The position numbers were made by a program, and so were the translations under genes. Under the pieces are notes generated by a model, which was given only the letters and a program-made list of their open reading frames with translations, made no database searches and was not told where the DNA came from. A stretch of 64,000 nt of DNA from Diplonema japonicum (Eukaryota > Protista > Euglenozoa: Diplonemea), in NCBI GenBank assembly GCA_964019335.1, contig OZ025720.1:419989-483988 (forward strand). Direction: 5' to 3'. Shown one piece after another: positions 1-11,209 of the stretch (positions are counted from its first letter, which is position 1; every line of letters begins with the position of its first letter).

Positions 1-242
1 CCTGCCTCAACTGCAGTTCTAATCTCGTGTTTCACATAGTTGTCGATACCTAAATCATACAGTGCTTCATGGTATCTTCCCCACTCTTTGTGTGCTTCTT
101 TCAAAAGTTGTTTATTTGCTCTCCAAAACTCATCCCCTTCGTCTTCCCCATTTGCAGTAGCCGTCGGAGTGGGGGGGCGCAACCTTTGTGCCCTATCCAG
201 GCTACTTCCAAAGACACAAAATGCAGCAATCACGATAAACAT
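1..242 (-). CDS. 5' part of a gene running off the window edge; possibly a 2OG-Fe(II) oxygenase-like protein
   Basis: The minus frame from ATG 242 (MFIVIAAFCVFGSSLDRAQRLRPP...EFWRANKQLLKEAHKEWGRYHEALYDLG...) is open to position 1 and lies on the same strand as all neighbours. The product call is a weak resemblance only. Confidence 0.55.
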   Translation of the reverse strand, partial: MFIVIAAFCVFGSSLDRAQRLRPPTPTATANGEDEGDEFWRANKQLLKEAHKEWGRYHEALYDLGIDNYVKHEIRTAVEA

Positions 243-744
243 TTGCCGTTTTTAATAGTCTTTTTTTTTTTTAAAAAAATTATTTTTATCGGAATAATCA
301 ACGACCTGCGTGATACGGGGGGGAGAGGGGGATTAAAACTTAATTTCCTTACTGGGCTTTTAATATTATAGCTGAGGCATTTTTTTTTTTTTTGAAAACA
401 ACGGGGGGGGCGGGCGGGCGGGGGGAAGCTTGATGATGAAAAGGATGGCGATGAGGGAAAGAGGATTTTTAAAAATGAAGACATATTATGAGGATGACAT
501 AAAAAAAAAAAAAAATAATATTTAAAAAAAAAAAAGGCAAGTTATTATTTATGTTTTGTACACAACGATCTAAAATATTCTTCCTAATAAATATTGTAGC
601 GAATAACCCTGCCGAACATTCTTTTTTTTTTTCCCTCTTTTTTTTTCTTCCTTCCTCTATTGTATAACATAATAATAATAACTACAGTAAGTACTATAGT
701 AAACAGAGTGTTTCTGTTAATCACAACAAAAAAAAGGGAGCACA

Positions 745-905
745 GTCCCTGCACTGTTTACTTGATTACAGGGGGGGTCCTTAATGCGTGGTGTGCAGCT
801 CAACTCCAACCGGGGCGCCCCGGGTGCGCTCGTGCAGTTTGTAATGTGCATTTGCAATACGTTCCACTACCGGTGATGACGGACGGGGAGGTCAACAGAA
901 CAAAA
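745..905. repeat. Dispersed copy of repeat family R (also at 42.3-43.0, 48.1-49.7 and 50.1-50.2 kb)
   Basis: Shares blocks tacttgattacagggg, gtccttaatgygtggtgt, cagctcaac, tgcaatacgttcc and gaggtcaacag with the strand-switch copies. Confidence 0.7.
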
Positions 906-991
906 AAAAAGAATTCCATCAAAACTTCGAAAACACTGGTTGTAATAAAATAAAACCCTGTGACATCCTCCCCCCCCCCTTTTTTTTCTTC

Positions 992-1906
992 TTAAACTAG
1001 TGCGACTTGGAGATCGGGACAGTTGAAATCAATAGAGAGGGTGTTAAGACCCTTTACAGCAATTAATGCATCATCACGATTGGTGAATGTCACTGTCGCA
1101 GAGCCATAACCATCGTTGGTAAGAGGTGAGAAGGAGCAATCCACAATGGCGCCATAAGGGGCGCATAAGTAATATATACCCGCCACGTCTACCCAAGGAG
1201 GGAGGAAGGACACCTCCACAGGGTGATGACCGGACTTTTTAGCCAATGGGTGCTCTAATCTTCTCAGAAATTTTATCTGCCGCTCCGCCACCGCACTACC
1301 TGCACCAGCAGGGGGGGTTGACTGAACACTGGAAGGCCTACTATTGTGTTGTGGTTGTTGTGGTTGTTCTTTCTTCACTTCCACTCCTCGGTCCCAATCC
1401 CTTTCTCTACCTCCTCTGTCCCCCCTGTCTCTGTCCCCCCTGTCTCTATCTCTGTCCCTGCTGTCTCTGATTTCTCTTGAGTCCACTTTTCTGAGCTCGG
1501 CTTCGCCGTGTGCGAACGCACAAGCGCTGCCCTTCGAGCACCCCCTCCCCTCCCATTGCTTGCAAAGCACCGTTTTGTACTTTGAATGCTTCTCGTGGTT
1601 GGGTACCAGTTGTTCTTTTTTAACATGTGAGCAGGCCAAGCCCCGTGTTGGAGACATGTCCCGCTGCAGCATCTCGGGGATCCCACCGTTCAGGGTATCG
1701 ATCGCGAGCTGAGCATTTTCCTGTAATTCGTACGAGACGGTGGCCTTCGGCGACCGGGTGTTCCGCCCGGGTCCTGAGCCCCCTGTCACATAGACACTGA
1801 TGACGTTGCCGTAGCATGCAAATATGGCTCGAAGCTGGTCGGTGGTCACTGTCGCAGGTAGGTTCTCAACCAGAACCTTGTGACCGGTGTCATCATGGTC
1901 CGCCAT
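992..1906 (-). CDS. RNA-binding protein, RRM - CCCH zinc finger - RD/RG repeat - RRM
   Basis: KVLVENLP...FACYGNV (RRM); KYKTVLCKQWEGRGCSKGSACAFAHG (C-x6-C-x5-C-x3-H); DRDRGDR repeats; second RRM (APYGAI...ATVTF). Confidence 0.9.
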   Translation of the reverse strand: MADHDDTGHKVLVENLPATVTTDQLRAIFACYGNVISVYVTGGSGPGRNTRSPKATVSYELQENAQLAIDTLNGGIPEMLQRDMSPTRGLACSHVKKEQLVPNHEKHSKYKTVLCKQWEGRGCSKGSACAFAHGEAELRKVDSREIRDSRDRDRDRGDRDRGDRGGRERDWDRGVEVKKEQPQQPQHNSRPSSVQSTPPAGAGSAVAERQIKFLRRLEHPLAKKSGHHPVEVSFLPPWVDVAGIYYLCAPYGAIVDCSFSPLTNDGYGSATVTFTNRDDALIAVKGLNTLSIDFNCPDLQVALV

Positions 1907-3088
1907 CCTGACTGGGGGGTGTGCGCGTGTGTGTGTGTGTGGAAGGCGGGAAACTTACAATAATAATAACCATTTTTCTTCCCTTCGCCTCCTTTTTTCT
2001 CTTTAATTTAATACGTACGGACTGCGGGGGGGGGGGGGGGGGGGGGGGGGTGGATAGTAACTAAGGGTGCGCAGGGAGAGTGCTACCCCATGGATTCGGC
2101 ATTTCTTGTTTTTTTTTCTTTTTTTTTTTCTCCTTCCTTTTGGTTTTTCTTTTAAGTTTTTTTTTTTTGGCTTAGAGAAAGGTGGGGGGAGGGAGTTAAC
2201 ACGACGCGAATAAAAGGATCTGAGAGGGCTGCTGTCCCTTCCCAATCCAGCCGGGGATGTGAATTAAAAAAACCGGGGAAAAAAAAGGAAATTTCTATTT
2301 ACCTTCTTTTTTTTTTTCTTTTCTTCTCTTCTTCTTTTTTTTTCTTCTTTTAATACTGAGAAAAGGAAAAAACTGTAATTACCAAAAGGAGAAAGGATGT
2401 ACCTCTACTCCCTGTTATCCACCCAACGCAACAGGAAAGCCGGGGGGGGGGGGGGGGGAAGGGGGGGAAAGAAGTGATGGTTTGCAGTATTTACCAAATT
2501 TAGTGCATGAAGCAAGCATTAAAGGGGAACACAAGCACGTGAATTGAAAACAAGTGTTGCCCCTCCAAAGAGATAATCAGGGGGGGGAAAGGGGGGAAGG
2601 ACAGACCTGGAAGTACTGGAGAGAGACAAGAAGAAATTAAAAGGAGAAGGATGCATCCCTAACAGGGGCCACTCATAAGGCTCAGGAGGTAGGGCAGTGT
2701 AAAGTGCTTTTTTTTTTTTCTTTTTTTTTTTCTCTTTTTTTTTTTTAAAACCTCAAGGTGTCATTTTTCCTTTTTCTTTTCTCTTGCTTCTTTCTCAGCA
2801 TTCACGAAACGGCCAGGGAGGTTGCAGGTAAAAAAAAAAAGAAATAAGGGAAAATAAATCAATAAAACTTGAGAAAGCTGGAGAGAGTGAAGAAAAAAAA
2901 AAACCTCCCGTTCTCTACGAATGCAAGTAAGAAAAAATAATTATTATAAAAAAAATGAAGAATAAAAAAAGAATAAAAATAAAAAAGGAAAGCAAGGAAA
3001 GGGGAAAGAAAGAGAAGAAGAAAAAAAGGAAAAATATACGTTCATAAAAAAAAAAAGAACTCTTTTTTTTTTTTTTTTTTTTTTTTTT

Positions 3089-3853
3089 TCACAGCACGTC
3101 GTCTTTGATAAACCGGTTGCCCTCTGACGTTTTCCCTGATTTTTTTTTTCCCCCAAAAGCACTCATCTACATACCCGAATAACTATGTTTTTGATAGCCA
3201 AGGAAGGTTGCATGCTGCCCCTCTCTGCCAGGGGTGTCCTTGTAGTAAGTGTTTTCAGCTTGTGCAACGTCTTCACTGTCTGTGACCTTGCTTGCGCGGG
3301 GTGCCATGAATGCACCCTTATCCTTTGCTTGCTTGCGCTCCTCTTCCGTGACTGGGGTGGCGTCCAGAAACTTCAGTGTTGGAAGCTTGTGTATCACATA
3401 GAGACGGTACCTTTGGGCTTCCTCCTTGGTGCTTCCAACAAGCTCGTTCTTGCAGACAGGGTTGCCCAGCAGGCTGAGGTAAGTGAGCTTTGGGACCTTC
3501 CCGGAGATTGCAGTGAGCACCACCTCCAGGTCAGTGATGTTGTTCTTGTTCGCCCATAGCGTCTCCAGGCTCGGCATTTTCGGAAACCTCTCAAACTCCG
3601 AGATTTCATTGTTATCTACAATCAGCGTGGCGATGTGTGCGAACACCTCCAAGCCTCGCAGGTCGGTGATCTCATTCTCCGCTACATCCACAGTGTGCAC
3701 CTGTGGGAAGAATAGGGGAGGGTTTTATTATGTTTTTTTTTCCCTTTTTTCTTCTCTTACCTTTTCTTTCTGCGCCGGTATGTTTCTGAACGATTTCAAC
3801 TCGCACCCCACTGCGTTCAGCTTCTCATCTGTCACCGTGATCTCATCTATCAT
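3089..3853 (-). CDS. LRMDA: Leucine-rich repeat protein, LRMDA/C10orf11-like; introns 3701-3760 and 3136-3174
   Basis: LRRs (LETLWANKNNI), LRRcap (LSLLGNPVC...YRLYVIHKLPTLKFLD). Removing two GT-AG introns gives MIDEITV... and the C-terminus YSGKTSEGNRFIKDDVL, which matches the SEGNRFI end of this family. Confidence 0.8.
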
Positions 3854-3926
3854 CTTGCCTGCAACAGGTGCTTTCGATAACCAGAAGTAAATATTAAAAA
3901 TAAGGGGGTAATAAGTAACTAAGTAA

Positions 3927-5120
3927 CTACTCGTCGCTGAGATCGTCGTCGACCCCCTCCAGCCAGGGGTGGTTGAGGAGCTCCTCTGCTGACGGCCGCA
4001 GATGCCTGTTCCTTTGCAGGCACATGGTGACGAAGGTCGTGCACGCAGGGCTCGCTGTGGAGGGGAGGTCGGTGATGGGGTCGGCCGAACCCTTCGCAAT
4101 GTGCCACATGACCCCGCATGCGTCGCTGAACTGCTGCGACAAGGGAGGTGTTCCTATCAACAGCTGGATGATGGTCACACCCAACGACCAGATGTCGGCT
4201 TTCATGTCGTGCGTGCCATCTTCAGGGGACCGCACCACCTCAGGGGCCATGAACCATGGTGTGCCGACTTGTTCACCACAGTCCTCAAGTGCGGCAGCGG
4301 TGCCAAAATCTGCGAGTTTGACACGTCCCTCAGGGTCGAGCAGGATGTTCTCTCCCTTAATGTCCCTATGCACGATCCCCTTGGAGTGAAGGAACACCAA
4401 CCCATTCAGAATCTGGAACACGTAGCACCGTACTATCTCCTCAGGGAGCCCGACGTGGGGGTTGCTCGACAGCTGTGAAGACACTGTTGACGAGGTGTGG
4501 AAGCTGTTCTTTGTCTTCGCCTTGACCAGACCGCTGAGAGACCCCCCGGAGACGTACTCCATGATGATGTAGAGGGCGGTGCCTGGTTGGTTGTCCCTGA
4601 GGCACTCCTTCCTCTCTGCTGATATGTATTTCACGATGTTGGGGTGTCCTACTAGGTTCTTCATGGTTTTTATTTCCTTGATCACCTTGCGGGCTTCCTT
4701 CAGATCGGTGCTTTTAAACAGTATCTCCTTCACAGCCAGCATGGATCCCTTGTCCTTCCGCAGCCCTAAGTGGACTGTTCCAAACCCACCCGTGCCCAGC
4801 TCTTTCGTTAGTTGGATGTCTTCGAGCTTTAGTGGCTTCTTCTCAGGTCGTTTGACGACTGCTGCGCCCTTCTCCTCCATAGTCACTAGTCGCTGTGACA
4901 TGAGCCGTCGGCGGGCCTTCTTTTCGTCCTCCTTTTGCATCTCACGCAGATTTTCTAACTCGTTACGCTTTGCTAGGTTCAGGTAGTTGCTCTCCGCCCC
5001 TTCGCAGCTGCTGTACTTCATCATCAGCTCTTCGAGCCTTGCACGGTACTCCCTCTCACCAACTATTCCTTCCTTGTGCCTCTCACGGAGCCCGCAGATG
5101 TCATCGGCAAGGGCCTCCAT
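3927..5120 (-). CDS. Ser/Thr protein kinase, STE (MAP3K-like)
   Basis: GTGGFG, AVK, MEYVSGGSL, HRDIKGENIL, DFG, GTPWFMAPE, DIWSLG. Confidence 0.92.
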   Translation of the reverse strand: MEALADDICGLRERHKEGIVGEREYRARLEELMMKYSSCEGAESNYLNLAKRNELENLREMQKEDEKKARRRLMSQRLVTMEEKGAAVVKRPEKKPLKLEDIQLTKELGTGGFGTVHLGLRKDKGSMLAVKEILFKSTDLKEARKVIKEIKTMKNLVGHPNIVKYISAERKECLRDNQPGTALYIIMEYVSGGSLSGLVKAKTKNSFHTSSTVSSQLSSNPHVGLPEEIVRCYVFQILNGLVFLHSKGIVHRDIKGENILLDPEGRVKLADFGTAAALEDCGEQVGTPWFMAPEVVRSPEDGTHDMKADIWSLGVTIIQLLIGTPPLSQQFSDACGVMWHIAKGSADPITDLPSTASPACTTFVTMCLQRNRHLRPSAEELLNHPWLEGVDDDLSDE

Positions 5121-5823
5121 GCCTGGCTGGGTAATAGGGAACGGCGATACGAAATATGAAGAGGAAACTAATTTTAAAAAAGAAGAAGAATAATAAAAAA
5201 AAAACCCATTACTGATGAGGGAGAAGAAAAAGTGTTAGCAAGCACCAACGGCAGCAGTGTGCTGTATCTATCAATGCCTCGTGGGGTCCTGACCAGCTGA
5301 CGCTTGTGCCTCCAATCCCTTTTCTTGCAGCATTCTTTTTTTCAATCTTTTTAGCACCGTCAGCGTTGCTCAGATGAAAGCAGAGCCTCCCATCGAAGCC
5401 GACGAGATGGACGCAGAAGTCATGCGACCTCACGCACTCCTGTTCAGATAAAAGAAAGCCACAAACAGAAAAGAAAGGAGAGTGCAGTGCAGGGCACGGA
5501 AGGATAGGGAAAAATCCTCCCTACTAGCATCGCGTGAACTTTTCTTTCTTCCCAGCAGGGCGACATTGCAAGGGACACTTAGGGGACAAAGGGGGGTGGT
5601 GGTGGGGGGGAGGCGAACAATATTTTGCCCTTCTAAAGTTGAAGATAGACGCCTCTTTCAAGGGACATCAAGGGGACATTTCTTCCTGAAAGTAAACTTA
5701 AAAAATATTTTGAGACGCTATTTTATTCTTTCTTTTTTTCTCTTTTTTTGTTTCATTATTTCCTTCTATTTTCATTTTCCTCTATTTTCTCTGTCATTCA
5801 AAAATAAATGAAATAGAAAGACA

Positions 5824-7947
5824 CTAGACTAGGACAGAGGGGTCAGAGGACACAGGGAGAGCAGGCTCGGGCGCACCTTTGAGGGAGCTGAAGTTGCCCA
5901 GGGGGGCGGGGATGGGCGTGTCTTGCCAGTTGATGGTGGACGGTGTTATGGGAGGGAGGAGGACGTGGGTCTTAGAGACAGGAAGGGGGCGAGGAGTCGG
6001 AAGCCTGTCGAAAGAAAGAGCCTGTTGGAGAATGGCGGGAGGGATGGACTCTTTGTCGGGCACGTTGCCGAGAAGCACTTGAAAATGTTCAGGGGAGATG
6101 GCCGACCACAGGGAGGGGTCGTCCAGTGTCCCGCCACGCAGGAGAATCAGGTCGCACGCTTGCCGTGTTGCGGGCAGGCACCCAAGTCCTTTCCCTTGCA
6201 CCTTCACCTCCCGAGCCCATCTCTCAAACGATGCAATCACAGCCTTGTAGCTCAGCACGTTCTCGTCGGTGCAATAGCAGTCCCCCCGCAGAAGTGCGTT
6301 AAACAAAACCTTGTCCAGATGCCCGAACAGCTGCCGCACAACGCACGCCACGAGGCCCTCCGCGCACCCCACCTTAGTCAGCACAGCATGCACACCTTTC
6401 ACAACGTTGAAGATCTTCGCATCGCCGTCCACCTTGCAGTCCAGTATCGAGTCCACGTTCGCCTCCACCTCGATGAGGCTCCCTTCCTGCAGCATCAGCA
6501 AGCACTTCCGCAGCGAGCACAACAGATGTGCCGAGAAGCTTAACACGACGTTCTTGTCAACAGCCTCGTCCGGCCTGCACACTTGGCCAGCGTCGAGGAC
6601 CGTGTGCGCAAGGGGGTCGATCACCAGCTGCAATGGGTACTCATCGGATGTCAGCAGCGGCGCTGTGTTCAGCATCGAGAACAAGAAGGCCGCAAAGTCG
6701 CCACTCTGGTAGGACTCAGCGCAGCCTGACAGCTTCTCAGCTACTTTGCAAGCAGGCCATTCTGCAGCGATGCACCCCAACAAGTTGTAGATGGTGTTGA
6801 CCCACTCTGCTGTGGTGGTGCACGGCACAGATGTGGGCTCGGGCAGAGTGCTCAGCACATCCTCGACGACAGCTAGTGTGTTGATGATAAAGCTATTCGG
6901 TTCGCCCTGCGGGTTGTTGAGCTTTGTGAGAGCGCCCCACCGCGCGAGGGCCTTCATCATGGTCTCCGCTCGGACATGCACTCCGGAGGGCACCAACAGC
7001 CAGCCTAACAGAAACACATCCGACTGGACACCCGGTCCCGCGCCAGGCACCTCACGTTTGGACCCTTCGAGCTCGTCTATGTACCGCAAGTACTTCTTGC
7101 AGTCCTCACGAGTCCCATCCAGTTTTTGGCTGCATTTCTGCAGGTCGTTGAGGCTTCGCTGCGCACCTTGCGTAGTCTTCGCTAGATCCTTTGTCAGGGC
7201 ATCGATCTCTTCGCGGAGTGATTTATTCTCTTCGGCTAGTTTGAGGTGTTCCTTCATAGGAACGACTGCGCCGATGGGCGGGCGGCCAATGGGCGGCGTG
7301 GTGTGTTGGGGTGGGGGGTTGGGGAGTGCTTCGTCGTCGTCAAGATCTTCATCGTCATCTACAGAGACTTCTGTAGGAGCCTCGTCCTGGTTGGAGAGGC
7401 ACCCCATGTCGGTGACGGGGATGTCGGTAACGAGGTCGGCGTCCATGCCACCGATGGACTCACGGGGGTAGCCCGAGATGATGAGTTTAAGTTCTATACC
7501 AGCACCCTTCCCGCAGGACACGTCTTGCGTCACGTCAGTGATGCTGTGCCCGAGGTTCTGGATGCCGACAGACGACGCGAGGTTGAAGGTCCCCTCCCAT
7601 GACTTCTTGTCGTGTTTCCCGCCTTCGCGTGGCCGGTACTCTGTTAGCATGAAGTTCATCAGCTTCTTATGCAGTTTTGCCGCATCCTTCTTCTGGATTG
7701 TCGAAGTGAACTTCGTCTCGTAGTCCCACATCACGCTCCCCTCGTCACATGGCAGGTGTGCTGTTTTCCCTTGTAACTTGTCGCCCCTCTTCCACTTCAC
7801 TTGGTACCTGTATGTCTGTGTCATGGGATAACCTGCGGGGAACTTCGCTCCCACTACCTTCACCACAAAATCATACTGCACATCCCCCGTCCTCCTCACT
7901 GTTGTGCGCCGCCCCCCGTGGAGCTTACGCTGTTCCTCTTGCCCCAT
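5824..7947 (-). CDS. NT-C2 domain + coiled coil + Dilute (DIL)-like domain protein
   Basis: Start set at ATG 7947 (MGQEEQ); the upstream ORF extension is low complexity. N-terminal VKWKRGDK...G.T (NT-C2), central coiled coil, C-terminal QLFGHLDKVLFNALL...C...LPATRQACDLIL (DIL). Confidence 0.75.
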   Translation of the reverse strand: MGQEEQRKLHGGRRTTVRRTGDVQYDFVVKVVGAKFPAGYPMTQTYRYQVKWKRGDKLQGKTAHLPCDEGSVMWDYETKFTSTIQKKDAAKLHKKLMNFMLTEYRPREGGKHDKKSWEGTFNLASSVGIQNLGHSITDVTQDVSCGKGAGIELKLIISGYPRESIGGMDADLVTDIPVTDMGCLSNQDEAPTEVSVDDDEDLDDDEALPNPPPQHTTPPIGRPPIGAVVPMKEHLKLAEENKSLREEIDALTKDLAKTTQGAQRSLNDLQKCSQKLDGTREDCKKYLRYIDELEGSKREVPGAGPGVQSDVFLLGWLLVPSGVHVRAETMMKALARWGALTKLNNPQGEPNSFIINTLAVVEDVLSTLPEPTSVPCTTTAEWVNTIYNLLGCIAAEWPACKVAEKLSGCAESYQSGDFAAFLFSMLNTAPLLTSDEYPLQLVIDPLAHTVLDAGQVCRPDEAVDKNVVLSFSAHLLCSLRKCLLMLQEGSLIEVEANVDSILDCKVDGDAKIFNVVKGVHAVLTKVGCAEGLVACVVRQLFGHLDKVLFNALLRGDCYCTDENVLSYKAVIASFERWAREVKVQGKGLGCLPATRQACDLILLRGGTLDDPSLWSAISPEHFQVLLGNVPDKESIPPAILQQALSFDRLPTPRPLPVSKTHVLLPPITPSTINWQDTPIPAPLGNFSSLKGAPEPALPVSSDPSVLV

Positions 7948-8604
7948 TTTTAGTTTTTTTTTCAGTTTTTTTTTTCCCTCCCAACCTTTTTTTTTTTTAT
8001 TGCCACCAGGTTTGGATTGCAAGAAGAAAATAATAATTGCGGGGCACCAAAGGGACCAACACAGAAAGGCGGGTTGAAACAAAAACGTAGGGAGAGTAAA
8101 TAAACAGGAAAAAAAATAAAAACTCAAAGTGCAGGACAAACCCCCTCATGGAGGGCCGCCCTTGTAAAAATAAAAAAATATAAAAAAACCAAAAAAAAGG
8201 ACAGAGAAAGGAGAAGAAAGAAAGAATGACGCGCTGTATGGTTTCCCCCCCCCCTTTTTTTTCTTTTTTTTTTCTAACTATTTATTAAATGAAAACCAGG
8301 CTCTGATTTTATTCAATACAACATTTTATTTAATGATGAGCTGCTCTCGCAAAGAATTTGTGTGCTGTGCAAAGCGAGTCTTTACTGAACACGGTGCAGG
8401 TTACTTTAGCGACTGGATGTCACCATCCAACGATTCTGTGCACTGTGTCAAAGGGGCGGGTGCTGCAGACTTTTGCTGGCTGGTTGGATCGATTCCCTGC
8501 CACCTTTGGTTTTTAACCTTTTGTTTCCTTGTGGGCGAAAAAAAATTATTTAAGAGAGCTGATCAGAATTAAAATGTTTTTTTTTCTTCTTCTTCTTTTT
8601 CTTT

Positions 8605-8895
8605 TTATGCAACAATGGACCGACACCACCGCTTGTCACGAGAGAGCTTCTCAACGCATGCACTGCAAGCCCGCTGAGGGGTCCCATACCCCATGTATTC
8701 TAATTTAACCTTGGCCTTACTATGTTCATGGCAGTACACATAACCACATGCCCTGCAGTGATGCCGTCTTATAGACCACCCAAACTTGATTCCGCAACCA
8801 GCCTCTGCGCAACAAGGCCAAGTGTGATCCTCTTGCCAATACGGCCTCTCCAACAGACTCTCGTCATCAGGTTGATCAGAGGTGTCCTTTAGCAT
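8605..8895 (-). CDS. Small FYVE zinc-finger protein
   Basis: WQED, RRHHCRACG, CHEHS, RACSAC motifs of FYVE. Confidence 0.85.
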   Translation of the reverse strand: MLKDTSDQPDDESLLERPYWQEDHTWPCCAEAGCGIKFGWSIRRHHCRACGYVYCHEHSKAKVKLEYMGYGTPQRACSACVEKLSRDKRWCRSIVA

Positions 8896-9139
8896 CCCTC
8901 AACAGGGTGCTCCTTTCCTGTTGGTGGTTTTGGAAAGACACTATGCGGAATAGAATAGATTTTTTTTTCGAGCAAACTTATAATAAGAGAGGGGTCGGAA
9001 TGAAATGAAATAAAGGGAAGAGGAATAGGTATTTTTTCTCTTTTTTTTCTTTGCTTATTAATGTGTGCGAGTAGAGAGGTGGGGGGGGGGGGGGGGGGGG
9101 GGCAGGAAATGAAGAGGATTTTTTTTTTTTTGAACCACC

Positions 9140-9177
<38 letters not shown>

Positions 9178-9570
9178 CTTTCTTGCGAATAAATAACATT
9201 CAACTACAAGCCACTGTGGGACCATACAATTCTACTGGGAGAACAAAAGGGGGTGAGTGGCGGTGCTTTTTCTTTTTCTTTTTTTTTTTTGTTTTCTTGT
9301 TTCCTTCTTCTTTTTTCTTTAGAAAAAAAGTCGTTCCTGTAGCGACTGGTGTAAATGAAGAAAAGAGAAGCAATAAGAAAAGAAAATCAGAAAAAAAAAG
9401 AGGGGGTGACGACAGGGGTTAACCATGTCAATGCAAACATAGTAGAAGAGAAGGGGGGGAAAGAAGAAGGAAGAAAAGAAAAAAAAAAGAGAAAGAGAGG
9501 AAGCGAGACTATAGAAATAGTCCACGGTCCACAGTCTAGAAAGAAAAAAAAAAACCGATAAAAGAGCATT

Positions 9571-10875
9571 TCATCGACACCAAGGATGCTGGCCTCTCTT
9601 GTTGAGGTGCGTGCCTGGTTTCAGATTAGACTTCCGCTTCCCCATAGGGGGGTGCTGTGGGCGAATGAGCTGGGGGTAAGGAGTCTTCTCCGCCTCTGCC
9701 TTGGAAAGGGGTGTGATATCATCCTTGCCCCTGACTAGCAGTCCGTACAGCGATTCAAAGTACTTCTCTTCGGGTGAGCCCATCTCGTCGTCCACAGACT
9801 CCAGCACCATGACTTCGCTGGGGTTAAAGCCCCCCACCAATGCAAAATCGTCATCTGAAGAGGATGCCGACGGTGTGCTGATGTTCGTCCTCAGACTGCA
9901 TCTCCAGTCAGGCTCTGCCACCTTGTTCTGGCTACGCTTTGGTGGGAACGCAGTAGCAAACTCATCCACGTCGTCGAGGAACAGGCAGCTGAAGTCCACT
10001 CTGCTGGTGTCATGTTCTGCGTCCTCGGGAAGGCCTTCCTCTGGAAAGAGGTCAAGCGCCTCCTTCGGTGCCTTCTGCCTTGACACTGGTCTATGTGACC
10101 GTGCGCCCTTCCCCCTCTCAAAGTGTTCACTCATCACTGGCCATGTTGTGCCCACATCATTGCCCAACCCGTCCCCCCGTCCCAGCGCTGCTGACCCGCT
10201 CCGCCTCCGTGCGTGCTGTATTCTCTTCATCATCCTCTCAGGCAGATGCTGTGCGCTCGACGGCCCGTTACGTGGAGCCCGTCTTCCATTCGCTTCGTTC
10301 CTCACTTTGCTGTATGGCCGTCTTGTGTCCAACCTGTTCTCAGGGCGGTACAGCCACATGTCCTCCTCCTTCACAGAGAGCTTCCTGCGCAGTTCTGTGC
10401 GGAAGGACGACACGTGCATCGTGTTCAACGCATCGCTGCCGTCGATCATGAGGGGCCTCGTCTGCTCTAGGATCACGCTGATGTCCAGGTCGTCCTTCTC
10501 CTTCATCAGCACCTTCCGTCTTTCGTCCTCTGCAGGGACTTTTCCTATGTTGGCAGCAGGGACCTTTCCTATGTTGGCAGCAGGCACCTTACCTATGTTG
10601 GCAGCAGGGCAAATTACGGGGGCGGGCGAGGGGCAGCCGATGTGCCCAGTCACGGCCTTTGTGAGGATCTTCCCCCGCTTTCGTTCGTCGCTGCAGAGCT
10701 TTGAGACGCCTCTGGCGCTCACCCCGCCGAAGTCATCGTCGAACAGGCCGCCCTTCTGGTCGATGGTGATCACTCTGAAGTTGCTGCTTGGGAAGCCTTG
10801 TGCTAGGCTGCCGCACGGTCCGGGGTTCCCCACCTGCATCGATGCCTCCGCTTCCCTCCCGTCACCACGCGCCAT
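9571..10875 (-). CDS. Hypothetical protein with 3x PAANIGKV (24-bp) repeat
   Basis: 434-aa ORF with ATG start, coding-like composition, on the cluster strand. Confidence 0.7.
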   Translation of the reverse strand: MARGDGREAEASMQVGNPGPCGSLAQGFPSSNFRVITIDQKGGLFDDDFGGVSARGVSKLCSDERKRGKILTKAVTGHIGCPSPAPVICPAANIGKVPAANIGKVPAANIGKVPAEDERRKVLMKEKDDLDISVILEQTRPLMIDGSDALNTMHVSSFRTELRRKLSVKEEDMWLYRPENRLDTRRPYSKVRNEANGRRAPRNGPSSAQHLPERMMKRIQHARRRSGSAALGRGDGLGNDVGTTWPVMSEHFERGKGARSHRPVSRQKAPKEALDLFPEEGLPEDAEHDTSRVDFSCLFLDDVDEFATAFPPKRSQNKVAEPDWRCSLRTNISTPSASSSDDDFALVGGFNPSEVMVLESVDDEMGSPEEKYFESLYGLLVRGKDDITPLSKAEAEKTPYPQLIRPQHPPMGKRKSNLKPGTHLNKRGQHPWCR

Positions 10876-11209
10876 GTGCTACTGGCTGGCAATATGCATG
10901 AAGAACAAGGGCAAAGGTAATAAGGGGTGGACGGGGGGGGTAACATAAGGATAAAAGAAGAAAACCTGACGAAAAGAAGAACCCTCATTTCTCTTTAGTT
11001 AACAGCGAAGGGAAAAAAGGGGGCGAGGGGAAACGGCGCGGAGAAAGAAAGAAGGAAAAGAAGAAAAAAAAACGTGGTAGTAAGAAGAAAAAAAAAAAGA
11101 GCGCGAAGGGGGCAACACTGGAATAAAAAAAAGAAAAGAAGAAACACTGAAATTGTACATAGGTAATTGGATATTATATGGGGGAAAGGAAAAAAGGGGG
11201 AAATATTCT

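Noticed and set aside
2003-3088. Poly-K/poly-F/poly-P ORFs here and in most intergenic regions
   Set aside because: They are translations of A/T/G homopolymer tracts with no coding signal.
8333-8388. Box C/D snoRNA-like ATGATGA...CTGA
   Set aside because: It is antisense to the cluster and short, with no terminal stem or recognisable guide.
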